From Oikopleura dioica (Eukaryota > Animalia > Chordata): 64,000 nucleotides of DNA. Under the pieces are notes generated by a model. That model worked only from the letters and a program-made list of their open reading frames with translations. It did no database searches and was not told where the DNA came from. Positions 53,161 through 64,000 of this stretch are shown one piece after another (the stretch's first letter is position 1; each line of letters starts with the position of its first letter). Location of the stretch: positions 11,532,001 through 11,596,000 of the forward strand of contig OU015568.1 of the NCBI GenBank assembly GCA_907165135.1, given 5' to 3'. A program made the position numbers and the translations under genes.

Positions 53161-55871
53161 ATGGCAGAAAATAATGGTCACGAGGATATGGAATATCTTT
53201 TTGAAGATACTTCCCTTGAAGACTTTCAAGTTCAGTTGGACAGAAGATGGGTAACGCGTTCCTCAATGAAAGTTGTTTTTGAGAACAAATACGTAATCAG
53301 CTTTTTTTTTATTCTTACAAACATTAATAAGGGTGGTGCCATTCACGGCCACGGAGCGCAGCGTTTGCATCGAATCATGAACTTGACCGAGACGAAGATC
53401 GAAATCGACAAGGCAAGAGAGCGACACAGGCTTGCAACTCATAGAGATGCAATCATTATTGGGGAGAAGACTTCTGTCGAGCGAGCACTTTTCCTTTTGC
53501 ATGTGTGTGCGAACATTCTTTATTCTTATGTCTCCTCGCATTTATCGCTGGAAGATGCTGTGATGCAATGGCGAGCAAATGCAGTGAAGAATTCAGTGAG
53601 AATGGACAAGAATCAGAACTTCGAATCTGGGTACCACTCAAAACAGAGAACCGTCGAAGCCGACTTATCTATTTGTACCGCATCTGAGTTGAGTCACTTT
53701 CCGATTGATGAGACCTGTCCAGTTGTCGATCAAAACGACTTCCAAAGCCGCATCGAAAGACTGAGATTGAATGATCATCCGCGCACAAGTGATTCCGCTT
53801 CAGCTATATACGAAGCTCGACGAGACCAGCGACGGAAATTGATTGAATCATCCACAGATGAACCAAGTTTTATTGAGCCGCCTGTCAGTGAATCTCCTGT
53901 TGTTCAATCGACAGTTCTTGAAGAACGTTTTAATCAGCCAGTTGAACAGTTAGTTGATACAATCTTGTGTCAGATTCAAAGATATTTTCCATACGGAATT
54001 CTTCTTGGTGATCTTCAGAACCTTCTGGCACAGCCAAATCATTATAACGAAGAATTCTCCCTAAACTCCTTACGGCAATAAACTCTCTTGGCGACCTCGT
54101 AAAAGATACTGGCCTCTTAGAAACCCTGAAAACAAACAAAGAGTAAGTTTTACTGTATTGAATTTTCGATAATTTCCATGCTTAGTTACGTCCATATTAC
54201 TGAAGGAGGCCTCTTTCATGTTAGGTTCTCGAAACTCCAAGGAGAAGATGACTTCGAAGCAAAATTGATTAACGACAGTGCCGCAGCAGATGCTCCCTTC
54301 AATGCTAATGACAAAATTTCAATGGCTATCGAGGAGTACGCGATAAGAATGGTCGCTGTTTTCAAGGAGAACTACCGTCAGAAATCATTCAGGGTCGGAG
54401 AGTTTACTGATCATTTGAATGCTGACGATTACGCGGTGTCAATAATCAGGTTGGTCTATCCAAGCTAGTTCATCTTTGAGAATATTTTCAGTTTTCTACA
54501 TGACTATCTGGAGTACTTCTACCATCTCCGTCTCCAAGAAAATCTTAATGAATATCCTGAATTCTCCGTTCTTCAAAACAAGAGATCGGCTTTCAATATT
54601 CATTGCCTGAATACGATCAACTATTTTCAATTAAAAAATGATGGAAGCACTCTATGGAGGATCATCGCCAGAGAGGCTTCACTAGATTTTTGCTCTACCG
54701 AAGAAGCCTCATCAATGTACGCCGATTACTTCAAGCGTTCTGGTGGATCAATAGAGCTGCGAGACAACAATCTACTTCAAATCATGCGACTAAAAGAAAA
54801 TGAACAGCTGGTCTCGCCGAATGATTTCGCCGATTGGTACAAAGAATTTGCCTTTGGGATATTCAAGGACAGTATCCAAACAATGACGGCCGACGACGGG
54901 GAAGAATTTCGCTACTTCAATGATGTGAAACTAAAGAACTTACAATCGTGTGTCGGAGCTACCGTAGAAGTCGTAGATGAAGAAGTTTCAGCGATGAAAA
55001 ACGATTTAGAGCAGGAAATCAAAGCGTTTGTCGAGGAAAATGATTTCAAAGTTGCAAAAGGACAAGATGGCTTCAAAGCAGCTGGACTGTTTCCTTATCT
55101 TGTCGAAGGCCGAGAGCACCTTTTGAAACCAGGACAGCTTCTTATCTACAATGGATCGTATAGGGAGCGCTGCATGGTGATAACTGTCGGTGAAGATGAC
55201 AAGAATAATGTCCTGAATCAAGATCGCTCCTACTTTGCTCGGCATTCACCATCATCTCTGCAAGAGAAGCGTTGCAGAACAGCAAGAAGGAGTAGAGAAA
55301 GAGATGAGTTTTCTGCATGCAAAAGTGTTAAAGTGTACTATCTTGATTACGGGCATCCTGATACGGTAGCTTTCATAGATCAAATAATTTCAATGATTTC
55401 ATTTTTTCAGGTTCCGGTATCTGACTTGTACTTTGCCTCCCGTCAGTTCCTCAAATGGCCCCTCTTATCTGTCTCAGTTACGCTGTACAACTACAAGCTA
55501 GATCAGGAAACGTACAGTGATCACCACAAACTGTGCAATGAATGTGGAAAACATGGGCTTGCATGTTACGCATATGATTTTTGGGAACGTAGACTTGCGT
55601 CTGAGGAAACTTATCGTATGCGATTACTCAAGAATTCTCAGCCTGACGAGTGGAGTCAAGGTGGTACCCCGCCTTTGGTAATTCATTTCTTTATTAATTT
55701 TAATTGAAAGAGGGAGTTAAGGTCGTCCTTCAGAAATCAACCAAAAAATACGAGTTACTCAGAAAGAGCCTCGATGTCCTTACAGCTTGGGTGAATACTC
55801 GTGCAACCTTTGGCGACAACCATGTTGTTACCATGGAAAAGCATGAAAAACTTTCGAATTCTTCCGATTAA
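53161..55871 (+). CDS. RNA-binding protein with KH, LOTUS/OST-HTH-like and extended Tudor domains; apparent 1-nt frameshift at ~54059-54061; last exon frame uncertain
   Basis: After removing the in-frame intron 53251-53331: DRRWGGAIHGHGAQRLHRIMNLTETKIEI (KH). LVDTILCQIQRYFPYGILLGDL...NSLGDLVKD (LOTUS-like). PGQLLIY...VKVYYLDYGHPDT|VPVSDLYFASRQFLKWP (Tudor, intron 55366-55410). TTTCAG acceptor at 53117-53122 upstream of the ATG. Confidence 0.75.
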
Positions 55872-56052
55872 TGATGCCTTCACGAAACCAAGAAGAAATC
55901 TTCTCGGGTATTTTTGAGTCCCGAAAAGTACTTTTCTGAGTTGATTCAATCAAAATTCTGCCTTTTCTATTTGTTCATTTTTCAACTTGCTTTTTACTGC
56001 TCCTATTTTTCAATTTTCAAGCTTGTCAACTTTAAAAGCATTTTATGAAATA

Positions 56053-56396
56053 CAGTGAAAACCCAAAATTTGGCCGCTTTTTAAAAAATAAAAATATTTT
56101 CCATCAGAATAAGGCTCTAATGATGCTATTCTCGATTTAGCATTCTGATTTTTCATAATTAGCTTTTTTAAAGTATCTTAATTATTAAAAATGACTAAAA
56201 TCAAATAAGAATGTCTTCAAACAAGCAAAAATTTGAATAAAATTCATCAAAAATGTGAAAATCAGGCCGATTTTCGAAAATTTCAAAACTTCGCTTTTTG
56301 AAGGAAGAACCTGGCTACCCGGGAAAAAAACCCAAAATTTGACCGCTTTTTTCGAAGATTTGTGTCTTAAAACCGGCCAATTTTTGGGTTTTTACT
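56053..56396. mobile_element. Degenerate Tc1/mariner-type MITE
   Basis: TA|CAGTGAAAACCCAAAATTTGGCCG on the left; a reverse-complement match with ~3 mismatches ends at 56396, followed by TA. Confidence 0.55.
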
Positions 56397-56467
56397 TAAA
56401 AAAAAAACGCTGTTTACCGGCGGTATATTTTTATTAAATGATTAAAAATTTTAAAAATCTTTAAAAT

Positions 56468-57153
56468 TAGGGTCAGGCGATATCACGTGACGACCGCGGA
56501 ACACGCTCAAACTTTTTTGGGTAGTAGCCTGGGGGTACTGATCACAAAAATGATAGCGGCCCTCGCTTAACCCATCAACACCTTGAACATCTTAACCAGT
56601 TTTCTGATCTTCTCGTTTTTGACCATTTTCAAGGAAAAACCGCATTTTTTCTTGATAAAACGTATAAAACGAAGGAATTTTTATGTTAATGACTTTTTAT
56701 AAGTCTAATAATAAAAACTATATAAAAATATTTTAAGAATTTTCTACAATTTTAACGCTCAACTCAGTAAAGAGATTAAACTGGCGAGTAGTGGCCGTCT
56801 CAGCCCCGTTCCTTGATTTCTTAATTTAAGGGGCTTGACGGCCCTTCGGGCTGTCTCAGCCCCGTTCCTTGATTTCTTAATTTAAGGGGCTTGACGGCCC
56901 TTCGGGCCGTCTCAGCCCCGTTCCTTGATTTCTAAATAATATTTCATTTGTTTTATACGTATAAAATCGAGAAAAAAGCGTTTTTTATCGAAAATGGTCA
57001 AAAACGGGAAAATCAGTAAACGGGTTAAAATGGTAAAGGCGTTGATGGGTTAAGTGAGGGCCGCTATGTTTTTTGTGATCAGTACGCCCCAGGCTATTAC
57101 CCAAAAATGTTTGAGCGTGTTCCGCGGTCGTCACGTGATATCGCCTGACCCTA
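56468..57153. mobile_element. 686-bp hAT-like MITE with long imperfect TIRs
   Basis: TAGGGTCAGGCGATATCACGTGACGACCGCGGAACACGCTCAAAC...; inverted similarity extends over more than 160 bp. Flanks CTTTAAAAT / CTTTAAAT, i.e. an 8-bp TSD differing by one A in a homopolymer. Confidence 0.85.
56793..56933. repeat. 56-bp tandem repeat, 2.5 copies, hairpin-rich
   Basis: Units start at 56793, 56849 and 56905: GGCCGTCTCAGCCCCGTTCCTTGATTTCTTAATTTAAGGGGCTTGACGGCCCTTCG. Confidence 0.9.
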
Positions 57154-57286
57154 CTTTAAATCATTAAAAGCCAGTGACTGGATGTTTTAATTAAAAAAAT
57201 TGCTTTTATTTTGAGTAAATATGAAAATTTAGAACAGCATATAAAAATATATTCAGGACGCAGTGCAGTTATAAAAATGCATTAAT

Positions 57287-60200
57287 CTAATCTTCTTGTT
57301 CCTCCGACATTTGTCGAGCTTCGGCACGCTCACCCTCATTGACGTCTTCTTTGTTAATCCTAGCGAGAGTCTCGCATTTGTGTAGTGCTTGTATTCGGAA
57401 ATCGTCCTCTTCGGCGAAGGGATTTTCTTTTGCAGAAAGCTTTTCCAGTCTAAAAAATAAAATCTCATCAATAGTAGGCTCATGAAACGCAACCGTTTCC
57501 GCTTCAAGATTAACATAAATATTGAATTTCATTGCATTATATTACGTTTTGCGACGAATATCACTTGAGAGCATGGATGATAAGCAGCCGGAGAAAAAGA
57601 CCAGGAGCAAGAAAAAGAAGAAAACAACTAAAGGTTAGGAAAAAAATTCATTTTATCAACAAGTTTTATAAATTACTAGAGTTGGTCCCAGCTCAGGATG
57701 CACTTGACACTAGCCTTGACATTGAACTTACAATGCCTGCTGAAGTCTCGCCAGATGTAGTCTCGGATACTAAGAAAAAAAGCAAAAGCCGAAAGAAGAA
57801 AAAACGAGCGACAGAAGCAAAATCGAATACTGGGGTAGAACAAACAGCTGAAGAATCTAAAATAAGCGGGGAGACAAAAAATGAGGCTCTACTAACTCCA
57901 CTAGATAATTCTGTTTCTGCACCCATCAACAATAAAAGCGGTGAATATGCAAATACTGGAGAAAAACAAGATGAAATTATAAATGATGAAGATGACAAAT
58001 TATTTCCACCGGAAGCGGAGCCATTGGAAAGAAGCAAAAGCCGTAAGAAAAAGAAAAGGGTGAACGCTATTGTCGATATAAACGTGCAAAATGAAACGCC
58101 TGCCGAAATAATTCCAGATCAACCTGACCTCCAAGACAATGATCCCAAACTGAACATTTCAAACACCGTTGCTCTAAAAGCTGATGATTTTGATGTCAAA
58201 GTCAACACCAAACAAGAGCCGAGAGAAAAACCTGACATTGTTCCAGAAAAGAAAGAAGCTGTCAATCAGAATGAAGGACCCAAATTACTTGAAGCATTAA
58301 CGACGAAAAGTGCAGAAAATTCTACAACTGAACAAGAAGCGACTCCTTCAGAAAAGGCAAAATCAAAAAGCAGGAAGAAAAAGAAAAAATCAAAGCCGCT
58401 TACGGAAGTAAAGTCTGAAATTTTTGTTGACGAACCGAATACAGAAGAAAGCAGTTCTGAGAAAAATCAGCCCGCTGAAGAAAGTATTTCGACAGAAGCT
58501 AACAAAAAGATCTCTACGGCAGAAGAAGAAGAGAAAATGGACAAAATACCATCCGAAAAGGTAAAAACTGAAAGTCCTGTAGGGCAACCTGCTCAAGAAG
58601 AAAGCAAAGAAGAGGAAAATCAAAATGAGCCCGTTGCGTCTGAAGCTTCGCTTGAAAACGTAGTCGAGGCAAAGAAACAAGATGAAGTACCAGAAGCTGA
58701 TTCAGAGGCGCCTTCAATCGAGAAAATAAATGACAAAGATGACGTATCTGTTCATCTTGAGAAGTTGGAAAAGAGCGAATCAGGTGAGAAGGAAAAAGCT
58801 GAAATTTCCACCGAAGAATCTTCAGCAAGTGAGGAAACAAAAATTGATGTGCCACTAACTCAACCAGAAAAAGGTGTTTCCGATTCGATTGAGAGCGATA
58901 AGGGCCAACCTAAAATTGAAAGGAGTACTGAAGAAGATGTTGTGTCTACTGAAGAAAGTCAAGAAAAGCAAGAATTAAAAATAGAGACTGTTTCAGAAGA
59001 GAAAAACAACACTTCTGAGAATTTTTCTTCAAATATTTCTACAATTGATAGTCAAAGTGAAGAAGAACCTAAATTACTTGACCCACATGCTACAAACCCT
59101 CTTCAAAAATCTGAGGAGCAACAGAAAGTGGCTCCTGAAGCGAAGACAAAATCAAAAAGTAGAAAGAAGAAGAAAAAATCGAAGACACAAATAGACAAGA
59201 TTTCAGTAGAGTCTGAAATTCTTGCAGACCCACAAGATCGAGAGGAAAATCTACCAGAGGAACATCAAAAAGAAAACGTTGACGAGGATATTTTGGGAGA
59301 ATCTTCTGAAAATAAATCTCTAGATAAACAAGATCTGCCTATTCCATCAGCAGATGATATTAAAGAAGAAGCTGTGGGGAACCGAACGATTATTTCAATA
59401 GAATCCTCCGAGGAGTCCTCTCCGGAAAAAACTCCAGAAGTTCCTTCAAAGTCACTTGTATCGACCGACGACATCAAGGAGGAAGCTGTGGAAGACCAAG
59501 TGACTGTTTCAGCAGAATTTTTGGAGGAGGACGCTCCGTCAAAAATACAAGAAGTTCCTCCCGAAGCGCTGCCATCGGCTAAGAATATCAAAGACGAAGC
59601 TTTGGAGGATCGATCCACTCAGCCGGTAGAATCTTTCGAGGAGAATTCTTCAGAAACAGAAGAACTTTCTCCTACGTCACTGCCGTCAGCTGACAATATC
59701 AAGGGAGAAGCGGTGGAGGAAAAACCAACTGATTCAACGGTATCTTCCGTTGAGAATTCTCCCCCAAAAGAAGAAGGTCCTATTAAATCTCTTCCATCCG
59801 CTGATGATGTAAAAGAGGAAGCCGTCGAGGATCGGGCATCTGTTTCGAAAGAATCTTCGGAGAACAACTTTCCCGAAAAAATAAAAGAGGTTTCTGCTAA
59901 GTTCCTCTCATCTGGTGTTGATTTCAACGCTGAAGCTGCAGAGGAAAAAGTAGCACTTTCGGCGGAATCTCTGGAGGAAAATTCTGCCGAAAATTCAGCG
60001 AAGGTTCCTCTCAAGTCACTCTCATCGGGAGAAGATATTAAAGAGGAGGCTGTGGAAAATAGATCGATGACTTCAGGAGAATCTTTTGAGGAAAATTCGC
60101 ATACAGAAACACAAGAGGTTCCTCCTAAGACTCTTCTAACAGCTGACGATATCAAAGAGAATGCGGTAGAAGATCAGGCCACTGCTTCGACAGATTCCAA

Positions 60201-62828
60201 GGAGAATAACTCTCCCGCAAATACAAAAGAGGTTTCCTCTAAGTCTCTACCATCAGTTGATGATATAAAGGGTGAAGCTACAGACGAGAAAACAACTGAT
60301 TCGGTAGAATCCTCTGAGAATAACTCTCTCGAGAAATCAACAGATGTTCCTCTCAAGTCCCCTCCTTTGTGTGACCAGATTCTAGAGGAAACTGTTGAGG
60401 ACAAAGCAACTATTTCAGAAGACTCGTCGGAGGAGACTCCTCCACCAAAAACACCAGAATTGCCTCTTAATTCCTATCCATCAGCTGATAATATCAAGGA
60501 TGAAGCTGTAGAAGAGGAAACTAATTTCTCAGCAGAATCTTTCGAGCAAAATTCTTCTGAAAAGACACAAGAAATTTTCCCTAAGACCTCTGCATCGACT
60601 GAAGAGATTAAAAAGGAAGCTGTGGAGGCGAGTGTTTTGGCAGAATCTTCAGAGAAAATTTCTACAGAAATAGCACTTGAAGTTTCCCCTTCAGCCAATA
60701 ATATCAATGCTGAAACTGTAGAGGTGAAAGCTGTTTCAAAAGAATCTTTGGAAACGAGTTGCTCTGAAAAATCAGCAGAGGTTCTTCCTAAACCTCTTCC
60801 TTCAGATGATGATATCAAGGATGAACCTGCAGAGGATTCAGCAACTGTTTTGGCGGAATCTTTGGAGGAGAACTCTCCCGCAAAAATACCAGAAGTTCAT
60901 TCTGAGTCCCCTCCAACAGATGATGACATCAAGTGGCAAGTTGCAGAGGAAAAAGAAACTGGTTCAACAGAATCTTCGGAGAAAGAATCTCCCGAAAAGT
61001 CGCTTCTTTCGGTCGATATCACCAAAGAAGAAGCTTTAGAGGACCATGACGAGAAAGAAATGACTGAAGCGCCCGCTCAAGAACCTTCAATAAGTGAGAA
61101 GACAAAAGTTGAAGTCACATCCTCTCTACAAGAAAATACTGTTTCTGAACCGGTAGAAAAGGAGAGCAGTGAATCTCACGGCGAAAAAGTCTCTGCGAAG
61201 GCTGATGACACATCTCTTTTGGAGGAACAAAGCAATGGTGGAACAGAGACGAGCGAAGGCACAAACGCAAATGACGAAAATCATCCCGTGGTCGGTAGTA
61301 ACCAAAAGGGCCATGAAGGCAACTCTCAAGGACCAGATAAATCAATTCAAGAAGAGCCATCACGTACAGGTGGCTCATAAATCATCATTACTCAATTTAA
61401 GTTTTAAATTCAAGAATCAGAAGAAAAGAATACTTCTTTTAAAAAGGAGGAAGAGTCTGAAGAATCTACTGAATTGGAACTCACTCATATTCCTCGAGTT
61501 GACCTCGAAAACAATATCAACAGAATAATTAAAGAACTAGACGATGAGATGCTCAAGAACATTAGGTACAAGAACACATTATATCGAAAAAAGGACCGAG
61601 ATATTTTAAAATATTAAGTGACAAAAAGGATGCCGTTCTGATTCCCCCTGATACTGAATTATCCGAAAATCTCCTGGAGGATATTGAAGAAGCTCCAATA
61701 AAGCAAACGTAAGGTGGATAATTCTGAATTTCAACTAAATTTCGATTAAGATTTTGTGAAAAACTATTCGGCTGTTTCCGCCGAACGAAAGCCCACGTAA
61801 AATCAGTTCAATCGAATAATTAAAAAAAAATAAATCCTGTAAAAGTTCCATTTATAAATATAATTAAAAAAGAAAATCGTACCTTTTACACGAGTCAAGG
61901 TAATCGAGCTCCGTCAATGCCGGTATTTCATTTGCTCGGACGTTCAAATTGACGAGATTGCTTATTTTTGATAAGAAATTGAGGCTGCTGAGTTGATTCT
62001 CCCGCACGTGCAGTGTTTCTAGCGCCGGCAATTCAGGTAATTCGACGGTTTTGAGTCGATTCTTCGCCGCGTATAGCTTTTTCAACTTCGGGAACGAGTG
62101 TAATCCCTGAAAATTTGCTTAAAAAAAGGTAACGAAGATTCTGTCACCTCAAAACTCTCCAAATTGTTGTCTCTTAGCGAGAGACTCTCCAAGTTTTCCA
62201 TCGAAGGAAGAGTTGAAAGCTTCGTGTTGTTCGTGTTTAAATTCAAAGCTGAAAATCGAAAGATACTCTTTATATGATTTGCCTTACTTTTGAGCATTGG
62301 AAAGTTACAATTCGTTAAATCGATCAATTTGTTGAAAGATAGATCCAGTAATTGAAGATACGAAAAGCTAAAAAATATTGGGAGGAGAGAATCCAGGATT
62401 CTTACCTTGGCAAGTTCAAAGTCGATAAATTATTTCTGTTGCAATCGAGGGAGAGTAAGAATTTCATTTGTGATAGTGCGCTCAGATCGTCAAGCTTGTT
62501 CGAGGAAAGTGTAGCGTACCGAATGTGGGAGTAATCGCTCAATACTGCAATGTCGTTTAAGTCACTCTTTAACACGATTATAAATAAGAACATTTTCATA
62601 TTTCACCTTTGACGCGTCTAGCTTGACGTATGCATACGCTGATCCATCACCAGTTCGTTCTAACCGAGACAAGCATTTGGTGATTGTTTCTTAAGTGTTT
62701 TTCATTCGCTCTTGTTTTATTTTCTACGACGTACCTTTTGTCAAGGGCACTCCCTTTTCTTCGACAGCATTTTCTTCGCCTTCTCCAGGCTGAATATCTC
62801 CCTCGTGATTTTCTTCAACATCCGACAT
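57287..62828 (-). CDS. LRRC23: Leucine-rich repeat-containing protein 23 (motile cilia/flagella), with a 4433-nt last intron (61882-57450)
   Basis: Acidic N-terminus, CLSRLERTGDGSAYAYVKLDASK|SDLNDIAVLSDYSHIRY, serial LRRs, and a final exon LEKLSAKENPFAEEDDFRIQALHKCETLARINKE...ERAEA, colinear with LRRC23 as I recall it. The phase-2 join AG|A across the large GT-AG intron is in frame. Confidence 0.9.
57573..61712 (+). CDS. ~1331-aa E/S/K-rich repeat protein nested antisense in the LRRC23 intron
   Basis: Exons 57573-57633, 57680-61369, 61415-61565, 61619-61712. Three GT-AG introns (46, 45 and 53 nt), all phase-compatible. A 3.7-kb open exon is very unlikely by chance in AT-rich DNA. Confidence 0.88.
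59332..61043 (+). repeat. ~15-16 diverged copies of a ~114-bp (38-aa) coding repeat
   Basis: Consensus approximately KSLPSADDIKEEAVE.......ES.EENS.EK..EVP., read directly from the ORF. Confidence 0.9.
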
Positions 62829-63089
62829 TGTGTTCTTTCTCGTTTTCTTTTGTCACTTTTAATTTTTCCAAAACAGTCTGAAAAGAACTGACGCTAGAAA
62901 AATCGCGCGGGTGGCTTTTTTTGAGCAAACACGATGTGCTCCTTTGTTATGAAAAGCTTGAACAGTAAATTCCAGTAGTTTTCATTATTCGAAGATGATC
63001 ATCGAAAATGCGGAAAGAAATTTAAAAACGATTCAGTGCCTTTTTGCAGAACTAGTACTAAAATTGAAAAACTGAGGGGAAATTTAATA

Positions 63090-63102
63090 GTTGCTAGGTA
63101 AC
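63090..63102. promoter_or_regulatory. Candidate RFX X-box upstream of LRRC23
   Basis: GTTGCTAGGTAAC, ~260 bp upstream of the LRRC23 ATG; resembles the GTTGCY-N-RGYAAC X-box of ciliary genes. Confidence 0.5.
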
Positions 63103-63409
63103 AAAAAGAATCTTATTTCAACCATAACCAGTGCCAGAGCTTTTTTTCGCGGTTATTTTTAAAGTTTCTCGTTATAAAATTTCTCTTTGATGCAGAAAAT
63201 GAGTTTGCCAGACTCTCATTATGTTGTTTTTTAAGTTCTAGAGATTCTCAACGGAACGTACAAATTCAAACTCTAATGCCAGGAGATAGTTATTTCGGAA
63301 ATTCAACCCATTTGCCGATAGATGATCCTAAAATACGATCCCTTTTCCACAGGCGCTTAGGCATATCAATGATCCTGGCGCAATTAGGGATAAAACTATT
63401 CCAACGGAC

Positions 63410-64000
63410 TGACGTCACCAGACCGAATTGATTTATCCGAAATAATTTATCCCTCTTTGCCGAGAAAGAAATTATCCGATAAAATTTCATCTGTTTTGTT
63501 GCTGACAACTAACCTAAACGAAGAACTCGTGCTGACGATCTCGAACTCCAATTTCAAGCCCTTCATCCGCCATTTAATTCAGTGGGCTCGCCATCATATG
63601 ATCTCAAAGCGAAATCGAAGCCTCATTCCATGAGCTCACCCAACCTGGACTCTGAATTTCCGTTGAGCTTATTCCCACGCGAATAATATCCAATATAATA
63701 ATTTTCTCGTCAATCTTGTTTCTCTGTGACATTTCCATTGACTGTGGCTCATAATTTAGAAACTAAAGCCATTATTTCCCGCTTTTAGGCTTCAAATTAT
63801 GTATCACGTTTTGCGAGCACGCGGTTGGTGCTGCGACGTCATCAAGAGTGGGTGTAGATTCCTCGGAAAGGTAGGCGAATACGTGACGTCAGGACTAAAC
63901 GTCATGGTGGTGCAATGCTATCGCCTCCACCAAGAGCAGCCGGCGGCGGTGCTGCGTCTCTGACGTGAAAATGACGTTCGCCCAGAGCTCAGGACGTCAC
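63410..64000. promoter_or_regulatory. Cluster of CRE/ATF-like motifs
   Basis: Perfect TGACGTCA at 63410-63417 and 63884-63891, plus GACGTCA/TGACGT half-sites at ~63835, 63961, 63972 and 63993. Confidence 0.4.

Noticed and set aside
57532-57679. ORF-track start MHYITF... for the 1282-aa ORF
   Set aside because: It reads through an intron. A better model starts at ATG 57573 and splices via the 46-nt GT-AG intron 57634-57679.
57693-61378. Multiple minus-strand S/F/L-rich ORFs
   Set aside because: They are antisense shadows of the repetitive E/K/S-rich plus-strand exon.

Overview
Eukaryotic, AT-rich, very compact genomic DNA. Most introns are 40-60 nt, several introns have non-GT (GA or GG) donors, and genes lie very close together. 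This combination best fits a larvacean tunicate such as Oikopleura dioica; that assignment is an inference and no search was run. Recognisable genes are GAPDH, an ANO10/TMEM16K-like anoctamin immediately downstream of it, an SNX5/6-like sorting nexin whose promoter and 5' half lie in a near-perfect 3.9-kb tandem duplication, alpha-spectrin and LRRC23. Less familiar coding regions include: (i) two tandem, intronless ~274-aa paralogues that look like stand-alone KEN (IRE1/RNase L-type, HEPN-superfamily) ribonucleases with an intact R-X4-H motif and no kinase domain, which is the most unusual thing I found; (ii) a KH + LOTUS-like + Tudor protein; (iii) a ~1330-aa acidic repeat protein nested antisense in an LRRC23 intron; (iv) a secreted protein with a polybasic cleavage site; (v) a probable PAN/apple-domain gene. 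Many non-autonomous DNA transposons (hAT-, Tc1/mariner-, Mutator- and piggyBac-like) are present, some nested. Two in-exon single-base frameshifts and homopolymer-only differences between the duplicated copies point to long-read indel errors. All family calls come from reading translations by eye against remembered sequences, not from database searches.
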